The position numbers were made by a program, and so were the translations under genes. From contig DAHXMW010000001.1 in the NCBI GenBank assembly GCA_027371545.1, positions 9,378 through 73,377 of the forward strand: a stretch of 64,000 bases of DNA. Direction: 5' to 3'. This document shows positions 9,607-18,392 of the stretch, piece after piece. Source of the stretch: Candidatus Micrarchaeota archaeon. Lineage in GTDB: Archaea > Micrarchaeota > Micrarchaeia > Micrarchaeales > CABMGC01. The first letter of the stretch is position 1, and each line of letters begins with the position of its first letter. Under the pieces are notes generated by a model. The model was given only the letters and a program-made list of their open reading frames with translations. It had not been told where the DNA came from and searched no databases.

Positions 9607-10182
9607 ATGCAGATGAACGGCGCAATAAAAAGATGTGATTGGGCGTCAGGGGATTCAGCGTATATAAAATACCACGATACTGAATGGGGCGTCCCTGTAC
9701 ACGATGACAGGAAGATATTCGAATTTCTAATCTTGGAAGGTGCCCAGGCAGGCCTAAGCTGGCTTACTGTATTGAGAAAGCGCGAGAACTACCGTAAAGT
9801 CTTCGATATGTTCAATCCTGAGAAGGTAGCTTCCTACGGCAAAGATAAAGTACTATCCATCCTCTCTGACAAAGGAATAATAAGAAATCGCCTAAAGGTT
9901 GAGGCTGCAGTATCAAATGCACAAGCATTTCTAAGAGTCAAAGAAGAGTTCGGGAGCTTCGATTCTTACATATGGGGATTTGTAGGGCACAAGACGATAA
10001 GAAACAACTGGGAAGATACGAGCCAGATACCATCACGCAGCATAGAGTCTGAAAAGATGAGCATGGATATGAGACGCCGTGGATTCAAATTCGTAGGGAG
10101 TACCATATGCTATGCGCATATGCAAGCAACAGGTATGGTAAACGACCATATAACTTCCTGTTTCAGGTACACGCAGCTGTAA
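9607..10182 (+). CDS. tag: DNA-3-methyladenine glycosylase I
   Basis: 'RCDWASGDSAYIKYHDTEWGVPVHDDRKIFEFLILEGAQAGLSWLTVLRKRENYRKVF'. Confidence 0.9.
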   Translation: MQMNGAIKRCDWASGDSAYIKYHDTEWGVPVHDDRKIFEFLILEGAQAGLSWLTVLRKRENYRKVFDMFNPEKVASYGKDKVLSILSDKGIIRNRLKVEAAVSNAQAFLRVKEEFGSFDSYIWGFVGHKTIRNNWEDTSQIPSRSIESEKMSMDMRRRGFKFVGSTICYAHMQATGMVNDHITSCFRYTQL

Positions 10183-10193
10183 ATATGGTGCTC

Positions 10194-10841
10194 TTATTTT
10201 GGTGCGTGTGCGTCAAGCGCCTCCACGTTCTTTATATTCGAGAGGTTTTTTAAGGCTTCAAATGTGGCAAATGCCATATTATAAACGTCTCTCGTCCTTC
10301 CCCTTGAGAATGTCCATACGTCCTTAACTCCTGCAAGCTCAAGAACGGCTTTCACCGTATCGCTTGCAGCTATGCCTGCGCCTCTTGGAGCCGGTTTTAG
10401 TATGACCTCTGCGCTTCCGCACTTTGCCGATGTCCTGAGCATTATGCTGTGGGCTGTGCCGCAGTTGCACTCCCACGAACCGCAGCCGAGCTTTACGGAT
10501 ATTATATTCTTCTTGGCATCCCTGATTCCTGTCTCTATAGATGGCTTAACCTCCACGTCCTTCCCGAATCCGAATCCTACATGCCCTGCGTAATCCCCTA
10601 TTATGACCGTTGCCCTATATTTCTGCTTCCTGTTGTTCTTAGTCATCCTCTGCACTGACGCTATCTCAAGCACATTGTCCTTGAGCCCCGGTAGTATCCT
10701 GTCGACAATCTCTATCTCCTTTATCGGCTTTCCAGTTGCAAATATCTGCTCAATGGTTGTTATCTGGCCGCTGTTGACCAACTCGCCTATCTTTGTCCTT
10801 GGCTTCCAGATTACGCTTGTGCTTTCACTCTCCAAATCCAA
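10194..10841 (-). CDS. rps5: 30S ribosomal protein S5 (uS5)
   Basis: 'VQRMTKNNRKQKYRATVIIGDYAGHVGFGFGKDVE' and position after L18. Confidence 0.9.
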   Translation of the reverse strand: MDLESESTSVIWKPRTKIGELVNSGQITTIEQIFATGKPIKEIEIVDRILPGLKDNVLEIASVQRMTKNNRKQKYRATVIIGDYAGHVGFGFGKDVEVKPSIETGIRDAKKNIISVKLGCGSWECNCGTAHSIMLRTSAKCGSAEVILKPAPRGAGIAASDTVKAVLELAGVKDVWTFSRGRTRDVYNMAFATFEALKNLSNIKNVEALDAHAPK

Positions 10842-10845
10842 TCAA

Positions 10846-11427
10846 TCACTCATTTTTCAATAGCTTCTCCTTAACGCTTGCAAATTTGGCTCCCAAAGAT
10901 GCAGGGTCAATTCCCTCCTTTATATAAGATGAGAACCTCTCCTTGTAGCCATCAGGGTTCTCCTTCTTCATCTCAGCAGCATACTTGGACAGTTCGGTGC
11001 AGTTGTAGAAAGAATCCTTTATGGAAAAGGTGCCCTTTATGTCCATGCCTCCGTCGACGCATCCCTTTCCGAACGCAAACGGTATCGAACTCGGCGAAGA
11101 CCGTGCAAGGCCTATATCCAATATGTAGCTTCCCTTCTTTCCATTAAGTTTTCTCCCGAGAAGAAATCCTGTAAGGTATGCCGTGGCCCTGTTTGCACGC
11201 GCAGGCCAGCCAAGCTTTGCCAACTCCTTAGAATCCGCGCGGGCTATAATCATGTCTCCTCTAGAATCGTATTTTACTACCTGGCCCATCACCATCCTGT
11301 TGCTCTTCCTTACGACTACTCTCTCAAATCCGCCCCTGACGAGCTTCATTCTCCTCTTATAGTCAGTAACGGCCTCCCTTCTCCTCCTAAACTTCAAATC
11401 TTTTATCGCTCTCTCCATCTCTGTCAC
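10846..11427 (-). CDS. rpl18: 50S ribosomal protein L18 (uL18)
   Basis: 'FRRRREAVTDYKRRMKLVRGG...RVVVRKSNR' and operon position. Confidence 0.9.
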   Translation of the reverse strand: MTEMERAIKDLKFRRRREAVTDYKRRMKLVRGGFERVVVRKSNRMVMGQVVKYDSRGDMIIARADSKELAKLGWPARANRATAYLTGFLLGRKLNGKKGSYILDIGLARSSPSSIPFAFGKGCVDGGMDIKGTFSIKDSFYNCTELSKYAAEMKKENPDGYKERFSSYIKEGIDPASLGAKFASVKEKLLKNE

Positions 11428-11921
11428 TTATTATACCTGCTCCTTGCGTACTCGTTCACTTGCTTCAGGTCCTCGTCGCTTATCTTCGCCCCTTCTTCCC
11501 TGAGGTGAAGCAGCAGAGTTGCTTTGTTCTCGTAAGATGCGCCCTTTATGTGCCTGTAAAACTTCCTGAATGTCTTGGAATCGACTCTCTTCATGTCTCT
11601 GAGTTTCATCAGGAAAAGCCTCTGCGACCTGACCTTCTTCTCCCATCCTACCCCTTTCCTCGCATTGCTTGTTCCCTTGCGCCTTCCAGGGCCTCTGCGC
11701 CTTCCCTCATCGCGCTTCCTCTTCAGCACCTTTGAGTTCATGCTCAGGTTGTGCTTCTGAGGCAAGGCATATATTCCGCCATTCTTGACCAATTTGCGTA
11801 TATCCTCTGCTGTAAGGGCCTTCTCCGCCTCCTGCAACGACGCACCTTTTATGCGTATGGCGTTTATACCTCTGCCCATGATCCTGCTTGCGGTCCTCTT
11901 TGCAAATCTAACTCCCATCAA
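11424..11921 (-). CDS. rpl19e: 50S ribosomal protein L19e
   Basis: 'RTASRIMGRGINAIRI', 'RKRDEGRRRGPGRRKGTSNAR'. 4-nt overlap with L18. Confidence 0.9.
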   Translation of the reverse strand: MMGVRFAKRTASRIMGRGINAIRIKGASLQEAEKALTAEDIRKLVKNGGIYALPQKHNLSMNSKVLKRKRDEGRRRGPGRRKGTSNARKGVGWEKKVRSQRLFLMKLRDMKRVDSKTFRKFYRHIKGASYENKATLLLHLREEGAKISDEDLKQVNEYARSRYNK

Positions 11922-12274
11922 CGCACCCTGTTTGAAATCTTTATACCTTTCCTGTCTGCAATCTCCTGAAGTGCAATTCTCTTCCTCAATGAAACCCCGT
12001 GGGCGAACTTCGCTACAACATCGCCGCCTTCAACCTGCAGCAATTCGCGCTCATTATGTACTACCTTCTCGAGCTCCACGCCGTTTTTCCTGAATCTTAC
12101 CTTCTCACTGTTCTTATACCCTATATTAGGCACAGCTCCGTATCCGCTCTTGTAAATCCTCTTCTTGTTGTCTACCCCTCTCTGCTTTCTCCATCTTGCG
12201 CTTACCCTCTTTCTCTTCTTTGCGCCATAATTCGGCACGTTGAATTTGGGATGCCTCTTCTTTATCATTTTCAT
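11918..12274 (-). CDS. rpl32e: 50S ribosomal protein L32e
   Basis: 'KKRHPKFNVPNYGAKKRKRVSARWRKQRGVDNK'. Start set to the ATG forming an ATGA overlap with the L6 stop (12271-12274), not the longer ORF. Confidence 0.85.
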   Translation of the reverse strand: MKMIKKRHPKFNVPNYGAKKRKRVSARWRKQRGVDNKKRIYKSGYGAVPNIGYKNSEKVRFRKNGVELEKVVHNERELLQVEGGDVVAKFAHGVSLRKRIALQEIADRKGIKISNRVR

Positions 12275-12795
12275 TCCTCTAAAGCCACGTATATGCCATC
12301 CTGGAATACTCTGGTATCGTATCCACGCGCTGCGCATGCCTTCCTCATGTTCGCAACAGTCTGGCCTACGTCATAATTGTCAACGCCCCTTACCGTAACG
12401 TCCTGCCCCTTTACCTCTACTTTGGTATCACCGACAGTGTGCGTTACTCTTGGTATCTTCTCTCCGAAGATGTTCTTTATGATTATGTCCCTGCCCTTTA
12501 TCTCTATTGACATCGGAAAGTGTGCGTAAACCACCTTCATCTTTACCTCTATCCCTTTAGTAACGCCTTCCATAGCGCTCTTCACTCCGGAAGAGAAGGA
12601 CTGTATGGCAAGCGCAGCAAATTTTTCAAGCTTCTTTCCTCCCTTTTCCTTTATTATTACCTTGCCGCCTTCGATACTCACGCTCATCAGCTTCCTGTTT
12701 ATCTTCTTCCTTGCAGTTCCGAGCTTGCCGCTGACTACTACAAAGTCTCCGTCAAGAGACAAATTCGCGCCCTGCGGTATATTAAGCTCGTACAT
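12271..12795 (-). CDS. rpl6: 50S ribosomal protein L6 (uL6)
   Basis: Two-domain L6 pattern ('VEVKGQDVTVRG', 'RGYDTRVFQDGIYV') and operon position. Confidence 0.9.
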   Translation of the reverse strand: MYELNIPQGANLSLDGDFVVVSGKLGTARKKINRKLMSVSIEGGKVIIKEKGGKKLEKFAALAIQSFSSGVKSAMEGVTKGIEVKMKVVYAHFPMSIEIKGRDIIIKNIFGEKIPRVTHTVGDTKVEVKGQDVTVRGVDNYDVGQTVANMRKACAARGYDTRVFQDGIYVALEE

Positions 12796-12806
12796 GGAAC
12801 ATCACA

Positions 12807-13190
12807 TCAATATACATATGCAAGCAGCCTTCCTCCTGTCCTCTTCTCCATTGCCTGCTTCGTTGTCATTATCCCAGAAGGGGTTGATATTATCACTATC
12901 CCGAAGTTCTTGCTTGGTATATGCCTTGCCTCGTATTTCTGCAGATCGGATATCGCTACCGCGTGCCTTGGCTTTATCACTCCTATATCGTTTATCTTCC
13001 TTGCCAGTGCAACCTTGAGCCTCTTGAACCTTCCATCTTCGTACTCTTCGAATCCTGATATGTAACCATTATCCTTCATTGTATTTAACACCGCCTTTAT
13101 TATTGTAGTTGACGGTAGCACGCACTCACGCATGCCAGCCGTCTCGTACACCTTTATCTTGTTTATCGCATCTGCGAATACGTCTACCAT
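12807..13190 (-). CDS. rps8: 30S ribosomal protein S8 (uS8)
   Basis: 'DVFADAINKIKVYE', 'GIVIISTPSGIMT...GGRLLAYVY'. The ATG at 13190 is chosen over the upstream GTG. Confidence 0.9.
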   Translation of the reverse strand: MVDVFADAINKIKVYETAGMRECVLPSTTIIKAVLNTMKDNGYISGFEEYEDGRFKRLKVALARKINDIGVIKPRHAVAISDLQKYEARHIPSKNFGIVIISTPSGIMTTKQAMEKRTGGRLLAYVY

Positions 13191-13195
13191 AAGAA

Positions 13196-13348
13196 TCACT
13201 GAAACTTTTCAAAACCTATCTGCCTTCCTACTTCCCTGAAGCATCTCCTGCATATATAGAGGTCATAAGACCTTATCAGGCCGCGTGCGTTCCCGCATAT
13301 CTTGCACTTTCTCCTGCCTCTTCCCTTGAATTTAAGATCATAACTCAT
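13196..13348 (-). CDS. rps14: 30S ribosomal protein S14 type Z (uS14), 50 aa, missing from the ORF track
   Basis: Hand translation of the minus strand gives MSYDLKFKGRGRRKCKICGNARGLIRSYDLYICRRCFREVGRQIGFEKFQ*. It has a CxxC...CxxC zinc ribbon and sits between L5 and S8 as expected. Confidence 0.85.
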   Translation of the reverse strand: MSYDLKFKGRGRRKCKICGNARGLIRSYDLYICRRCFREVGRQIGFEKFQ

Positions 13349-13362
13349 CTTTATAAAATCAC

Positions 13363-13884
13363 CTAAGACTCTGTCGCTATACCTGCTTTGAAGTTGTCTT
13401 TTAAGTATCTTTCTATCTCCTCGCTACCTATGGTCCTGTGCGAGAGCGGCACCCTTGCTGATCTCCTCTTGCGCTTCTCCACCCTCCTGCCTCTCCTAGA
13501 GAAGGATGCATTCACGTTGAGCCCAAGCATGCCTATCTTCGGATCATACTTTACACCTGCTATGTAGATATACTCCTTGATTCCGAAGCTTAGCGAATTA
13601 TTTGTTATAGCCCCTTCCTTTATCAGGTTATCATTGGCATCAAGGGTCTTCTTGAGCATCTCGGATGCCTCTTCTCCTCTAAGGGTAACCATGCTGCCTA
13701 TTATCTGCCCTTTCCTAACATTGAGCTCCGGCTGCCTGTGCTTTGAGACTGTGAATGCTGCTTTATGTCCTGTAAGTTTTTCCAGCAGAGTCTTCGCATT
13801 CTGTGAGTTGGACTCGGTATCGCCTATGCCTATGTTAAGCACTACCTTCTCAAGCCTTATCTCTCTCATCTTGTTATCCGGCAT
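13363..13884 (-). CDS. rpl5: 50S ribosomal protein L5 (uL5)
   Basis: 'MREIRLEKVVLNIGIG', 'FGIKEYIYI..VKYDPKIGMLGLNV'. Confidence 0.9.
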   Translation of the reverse strand: MPDNKMREIRLEKVVLNIGIGDTESNSQNAKTLLEKLTGHKAAFTVSKHRQPELNVRKGQIIGSMVTLRGEEASEMLKKTLDANDNLIKEGAITNNSLSFGIKEYIYIAGVKYDPKIGMLGLNVNASFSRRGRRVEKRKRRSARVPLSHRTIGSEEIERYLKDNFKAGIATES

Positions 13885-13893
13885 TATTCTCAG

Positions 13894-14559
13894 CTATACT
13901 ACCATTATATTATCAAGGAGGGTCTCTATTACCTTCCCGTCCTTAGTATTTATCTGGACAAGTGCATCTCTCTGCGCATTACCTTTCCTTATCTCCTTTA
14001 CCGTACCCTCTCCTGAGGAATGTACCCCCTTGATTACTACGCATCCGGCTCCCTCCTTAAGCCTAAGTACCTTCGCCTTGCCGCCTGAAAGGTCTACCGA
14101 ATCATTTACGTTTACGTCTTCAGAAAACCGCATATTGGTTCCATCGTGAAGCCTTATCATCTGTGTCTTGCCACGTGCGAGATACTTTCCCACCACCTTG
14201 AAGACATGCCTGTTGCCTTCTCCTATCGATACAGTTCCGTTCCTGCTTATTCCTACTACGTATCTTGCCTTATCCTCGCCCAATGATACTGCATCTCCAA
14301 AGCCCACCGGGTAATGCGGATCCCTTACCTTCCTGCCATTTACTGAGACCAGCCCATCCTTAAGTATCTTCCTGGCCTCGAACATCGTCCTTGCCGTGCC
14401 AAGTTTATCCCTGAGAAGTACACCTATAGGCAGGCTCATCTCCGCGGTATGCCTTCCCGGGTTCTGCACTGCTATATATTTGGAGAACTTCCTGCTAACC
14501 TGCGGATACTTTCCCGCAGCAAGCCTGTTTAAATGATTTGTTCCTCCTTTTTTTGACAT
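13894..14559 (-). CDS. rps4e: 30S ribosomal protein S4e
   Basis: 'KKGGTNHLNRLAAGKY', KOW-like C-terminal half. ATG at 14559 preferred to the TTG at 14568. Confidence 0.9.
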   Translation of the reverse strand: MSKKGGTNHLNRLAAGKYPQVSRKFSKYIAVQNPGRHTAEMSLPIGVLLRDKLGTARTMFEARKILKDGLVSVNGRKVRDPHYPVGFGDAVSLGEDKARYVVGISRNGTVSIGEGNRHVFKVVGKYLARGKTQMIRLHDGTNMRFSEDVNVNDSVDLSGGKAKVLRLKEGAGCVVIKGVHSSGEGTVKEIRKGNAQRDALVQINTKDGKVIETLLDNIMVV

Positions 14560-14564
14560 GATAA

Positions 14565-14948
14565 TCAACCTTTCGTAGTGCTCTTCATACCCTCTACTGC
14601 TTTTGACCTAAGCTTGTCCTGCAGCCCAAGGTCTGTTATGTAGAGGTTGGATATCCTTATCGGTATCTGTATCTCCTTTCCCTTTGCATTCTTTCTAAGA
14701 TAAGAATCCACGTATGCTATGCCTCTCCTTACATCTACCTCGTCAATCTTGCCGGTCTTTCCCTTTCCGTCTCCGGCCATTATCTTTACGCTGTCTCCTT
14801 TCCTTAGCTGGATGCTCCTCCTTTTTATGCCAAGCTTTGCGGCGAGCTCCTTCGAGATATGCGCATGCGCGTATTTCTGCCTGACGCTCATCGGTGCCTG
14901 GAATCTTGCTTTCCTCTGCTTATTTGGTTTACCACTCGGCATAATCAC
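14565..14948 (-). CDS. rpl24: 50S ribosomal protein L24 (uL24)
   Basis: KOW motif 'LRKGDSVKIMAGDGKGKTGKI'. ATGA overlap with L14. Confidence 0.9.
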   Translation of the reverse strand: MIMPSGKPNKQRKARFQAPMSVRQKYAHAHISKELAAKLGIKRRSIQLRKGDSVKIMAGDGKGKTGKIDEVDVRRGIAYVDSYLRKNAKGKEIQIPIRISNLYITDLGLQDKLRSKAVEGMKSTTKG

Positions 14949-15346
14949 ACTATCTTTGAGGCTATTCCTGCCACTTTTACAAACCTCTCAACTACTTCTC
15001 TAGCCATTGCGCCTTTTACCTCAGTCCCTATGGGCAGGTTTTCGTCGTTAATCATTATGCCCGCGTTATCCTCGAATTTAACCCTCAAGCCGTTTGCCCT
15101 CCTTATCAGGGCCCTCTGCCTGATTATTACTACGCGGACAGGCTTCTTCAGATAAGTTGGAGTCCCTTTCCTTACACTTGCGGATACTACGTCTCCTATT
15201 CCTGCCGCTGTCATCCTTCCATGCCTGCCATTGCTCTTGCCTATTATATGAATCATCCTGAATTCGTAAGCCCCGCTGTTGTCCGCACAGCTTATGACAG
15301 CGCCAGGGACGAGTGTCTTTGTTATATGCGTTGAGAAGCCCTTCAT
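14945..15346 (-). CDS. rpl14: 50S ribosomal protein L14 (uL14)
   Basis: 'ADNSGA', 'GDVVSASVRKG', 'FEDNAGIMIN'. Confidence 0.9.
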   Translation of the reverse strand: MKGFSTHITKTLVPGAVISCADNSGAYEFRMIHIIGKSNGRHGRMTAAGIGDVVSASVRKGTPTYLKKPVRVVIIRQRALIRRANGLRVKFEDNAGIMINDENLPIGTEVKGAMAREVVERFVKVAGIASKIV

Positions 15347-15351
15347 AAAAA

Positions 15352-15642
15352 TTACCCTTGCTTGATTACGTTTGTCACAACAAAAGACTTTGTCTTGCTG
15401 AGCCTTCTTGTCTCTGCTATCTCAACAGTATCTCCCTGCTTAACTCCCATGCACTCTGGATTATGTGCAGGTATGTGCGATCTCTTTCTGAGATACCTCT
15501 CGAACTTGTATATGTAACGGGTATAATCAACCTTGACAATAACGGTCTTCTTGGCCTTATTACTGACCACAACTCCGCTCATTCTAGAGCCTCTTGTTTT
15601 TATGCCTCCGTGAACGGGGCATCTAGTGTCGTTGCATTCCAA
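15352..15642 (-). CDS. rps17: 30S ribosomal protein S17 (uS17)
   Basis: 'CPVHGGIKTRGSRMSGVVVSNKAKKTVIV', 'GDTVEIAETRRLSKTKSFVV'. Confidence 0.9.
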   Translation of the reverse strand: MECNDTRCPVHGGIKTRGSRMSGVVVSNKAKKTVIVKVDYTRYIYKFERYLRKRSHIPAHNPECMGVKQGDTVEIAETRRLSKTKSFVVTNVIKQG

Positions 15643-15701
15643 AATATCAGCCTATCGCAAATTAAGAAGGCAAAATCAAATATATTTGAGGTGTTAGCTT
15701 A

Positions 15702-16013
15702 TTATAGTTTTCTGTTTGCAGAAGCCCTCCTGCGCGAGTAATACCTCAGCGATTTCTCGAGCCTGTCCTCTGGAGCGAAGTCTATCTCCGCGCCTTCAAC
15801 AAAAAAGTTGCTTTTTCCATCGGAAAAGTTGAATGATGCATTGTGCTTTATTATTGTCACATATCCACTGCTCCTACGGATCCTTATCGTATGGGTAGTC
15901 TCGTCCACAACTATTCCTGATATCCCTACCTGCTTCTTATCAAGCGCATCAGCAACCTCCACGTGCAGGCCTATGAGCTCGCCAATTACAATATTTTTGC
16001 TGTCGTAGTGCAT
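15702..16013 (-). CDS. rnp1: RNase P protein component 1 (Rpp29/Pop4)
   Basis: 'GELIGLHVEVADALDKKQVGISGIVVDETTHTIRI' Sm-like barrel; canonical position upstream of S17. Confidence 0.8.
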   Translation of the reverse strand: MHYDSKNIVIGELIGLHVEVADALDKKQVGISGIVVDETTHTIRIRRSSGYVTIIKHNASFNFSDGKSNFFVEGAEIDFAPEDRLEKSLRYYSRRRASANRKL

Positions 16014-16080
16014 ATCCTGATAATTCTACCAAGACCATTTATAAATATTCCCTACCGATAATTACAATAAAGAAAAAGTG

Positions 16081-16992
16081 ATGATATTGCCCGCTCCAAT
16101 AGGAAAACTGGTTAGCGATTCATACTCGACGATACGCGAATCTCCGGAAATCCTCTACGCCCCAATAGCTGCAGGGATAATATTCTCATTAATGTATCTT
16201 CTCCTCTTGCAGCCTCTAGTAACCAATCTAGGCACTGAATCTGCTCTCCTTAGCACTAACCAGACAACAGCAAGCCAATTCCTCTCAAGCGTAAACCTTA
16301 CGGGGATTATAAGTGCAGAATTCGTATATATAGTAATAACGGTGCTTGTAGGCGTACTCCTTTCTGGCATGTATATCAGCTTCGCTGCGCAAAAGGCAGA
16401 TGGGAAAAAGCCATCATTGGGAGAAGCATTCAAATTTGGAAAGGAGCGATACCTTGACCTTCTCCTCCTCGATCTCGGAATATTCCTTATTGTAGCAATT
16501 ATTGCCGTGCTGCTCTTAATCATATTTGCAGGATTATTCGCTGCTGCATCTTCTTCAGCTGCGATAGCAATACTTGCGCTGGGCCTTCTGGTATTGGTAG
16601 TTATTGTTTTCATAATCCTCTTCTCGATCGGCTTGTTTGAGGCGGCAGTGATAAGGCTGCTAGAACATCGGGGGGTATGGGATTCAATAATGCAGAGCAT
16701 AGAGATAGGCAGGGCAAACTTCATAGCGCTGTTCATAATACTTATAGTTCTCGCAATAATAAGCGTAGTGTTTGTCAGCGTACCATCCGTAATACTGGGT
16801 CTTATATCTAGCTCCCTTTCCCAGCCTGCAACTCTTATACTGGGTCAGGTATTCTCAGTGTTCTCTACTGCTTTGGCAGTATTCTTCTACTACTCTCTGG
16901 GAAGGCAGACTGCAGTGGAAAGCGCAGCTGACAAGATGCCTGCGCGAAAGGCAGCTACACGGGCTAAGAGAAAAACCAAAAAAACGCAGTAG
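16081..16992 (+). CDS. multi-pass membrane protein with Lys-rich C-terminal tail (paralog A)
   Basis: About 6 TM segments. 'SGMYISFAAQKADGKKPSLGEAFKFGKERYLDLL' and the C-terminal 'FFYYSLGR' are shared with the next gene. Confidence 0.5.
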   Translation: MILPAPIGKLVSDSYSTIRESPEILYAPIAAGIIFSLMYLLLLQPLVTNLGTESALLSTNQTTASQFLSSVNLTGIISAEFVYIVITVLVGVLLSGMYISFAAQKADGKKPSLGEAFKFGKERYLDLLLLDLGIFLIVAIIAVLLLIIFAGLFAAASSSAAIAILALGLLVLVVIVFIILFSIGLFEAAVIRLLEHRGVWDSIMQSIEIGRANFIALFIILIVLAIISVVFVSVPSVILGLISSSLSQPATLILGQVFSVFSTALAVFFYYSLGRQTAVESAADKMPARKAATRAKRKTKKTQ

Positions 16993-16997
16993 ATGCC

Positions 16998-17828
16998 GTG
17001 CGCACACGTGATATATTCAGAAAGACATTCGGCTTATTCGTTAGAAAGCCAAGGATACTTATTCTTCCTTTAGCCTTAGGTATTGCATTGGCATTCCTGG
17101 ATACGCTGCTACTGGCGCCATACAACCCCTCCTTGCATGAAGTTATACTTCAGTCCATATCGTATGTGCTTGGCGCACGTTCCCCGTTCATAAATTCAGA
17201 GGTTGCATACGCACTGATGGATCTTCTCTATTTTGTAATAAGCGAACTGCTCGGCCTTCTGATGACAGGTACATATATCTGCATAGTCGTTCAGGAGAGA
17301 AGGGGGCAGAAGCTCTCGATAAAATCAGCGGCAGAGCAGGCGGGGAGAAGGTACACGAGCCTGCTTGCCGCAAACCTCGCCGCAATACTGATACTTTTGG
17401 TATCAGTCTCCATTCCCCTGCTGGCATTTTCATACGTCATAAGCATGCTTCCACAAGGCGCCGCCGTGCCGGCAGTGATAATATCCGCAATAGCAATATT
17501 CTCCATAGCCGCGATAGTCGAGATAATGCTATTTCAGGTAAATGCAGCTAACCTTATAGGCGGAAAAGACGCTGCAGGCTCGATATACGGGAGCATAATA
17601 GTGGGCAGGAGCTACGCAAAGGAAACTGCAATACTAATGTCAATGCTTCTGCTTTCCAATATAATAATCATAGAGCTTCCGGCAATTGCCGCAGGACTTA
17701 TTATTCCTTCAAGCTCAGGCCCCACGGCTATACTTTTAGGGCAGTTCGCAGGTCTCATCGACTCGGTAGCGATGGCATACTTCTATTATCTCGAGAGAGG
17801 AAGCGCAAAACGGCATGCTTCATCTTAG
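16998..17828 (+). CDS. multi-pass membrane protein (paralog B of the preceding gene)
   Basis: 'TGTYICIVVQERRGQKLSIKSAAEQAGRRYTSLL' and 'YFYYLERG' are collinear with paralog A. GTG start 5 nt after the upstream stop. Confidence 0.5.
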   Translation: MRTRDIFRKTFGLFVRKPRILILPLALGIALAFLDTLLLAPYNPSLHEVILQSISYVLGARSPFINSEVAYALMDLLYFVISELLGLLMTGTYICIVVQERRGQKLSIKSAAEQAGRRYTSLLAANLAAILILLVSVSIPLLAFSYVISMLPQGAAVPAVIISAIAIFSIAAIVEIMLFQVNAANLIGGKDAAGSIYGSIIVGRSYAKETAILMSMLLLSNIIIIELPAIAAGLIIPSSSGPTAILLGQFAGLIDSVAMAYFYYLERGSAKRHASS

Positions 17829-18392
17829 TATGGCAAAGGTGATATACCCTGTATGCCATATCCCTTTAGTCGTAGGCCGCACGCCTTGATCCCTTACCAT
17901 GATTTCCCTGGCAATGACCTCTATTGTATATCTATCAGAGAATCCCAGCTTATCAAGCTTTTTAGCAAATGCAGCTACCTGCTCAGTATTGGGTGAATAG
18001 CCAGCAACAACCCCATCCTTCTTCAGCGCCTTTTTGCAGTGCCTCAGGGCCTTTTCCGGAGAGGGCAGGTCAAGGGAGATGAAGTCTACCATGCGTTCGT
18101 CTATGCCTTTAAATATATCCTTGTTCTTGAACTCTATGTTCTCTATACCCAGTGTCCTCCTGTTTCTCTCTGCTATCTCTATGAATTCGCTCCTCAACTC
18201 GTACGCATATACGAATTTGCATATCCTGGCAAGGCTGAGCGCCAGCCATCCGCTGCCCAGCCCTGCGTCTACGCATACGCTCTCCCTGGATACTCCTGAA
18301 AAAGCTATTATGGCACCTATATCCTTTGGGAGTATCACCTGCGGGCCTCTCCTAAGCTTCCTATACAACGGCGGGTAAATGAACATGCTCAA
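17820..18392 (-). CDS. trmI: tRNA (adenine-N1)-methyltransferase, TrmI/Gcd14 family
   Basis: 'GPQVILPKDIGAII', SAM motif 'VDAGLGSGWLALSLA', 'DFISLDLPSPEKAL', 'RPTTKGIWHTGYITFA'. Confidence 0.8.
   Translation of the reverse strand: MSMFIYPPLYRKLRRGPQVILPKDIGAIIAFSGVSRESVCVDAGLGSGWLALSLARICKFVYAYELRSEFIEIAERNRRTLGIENIEFKNKDIFKGIDERMVDFISLDLPSPEKALRHCKKALKKDGVVAGYSPNTEQVAAFAKKLDKLGFSDRYTIEVIAREIMVRDQGVRPTTKGIWHTGYITFAILR

Noticed and set aside
13047-13055. tRNA T-arm-like string ttcgaatcc
   Set aside because: It lies inside the S8 coding sequence with no flanking acceptor or anticodon stems. No tRNA-like cloverleaf was seen in any spacer of the window.
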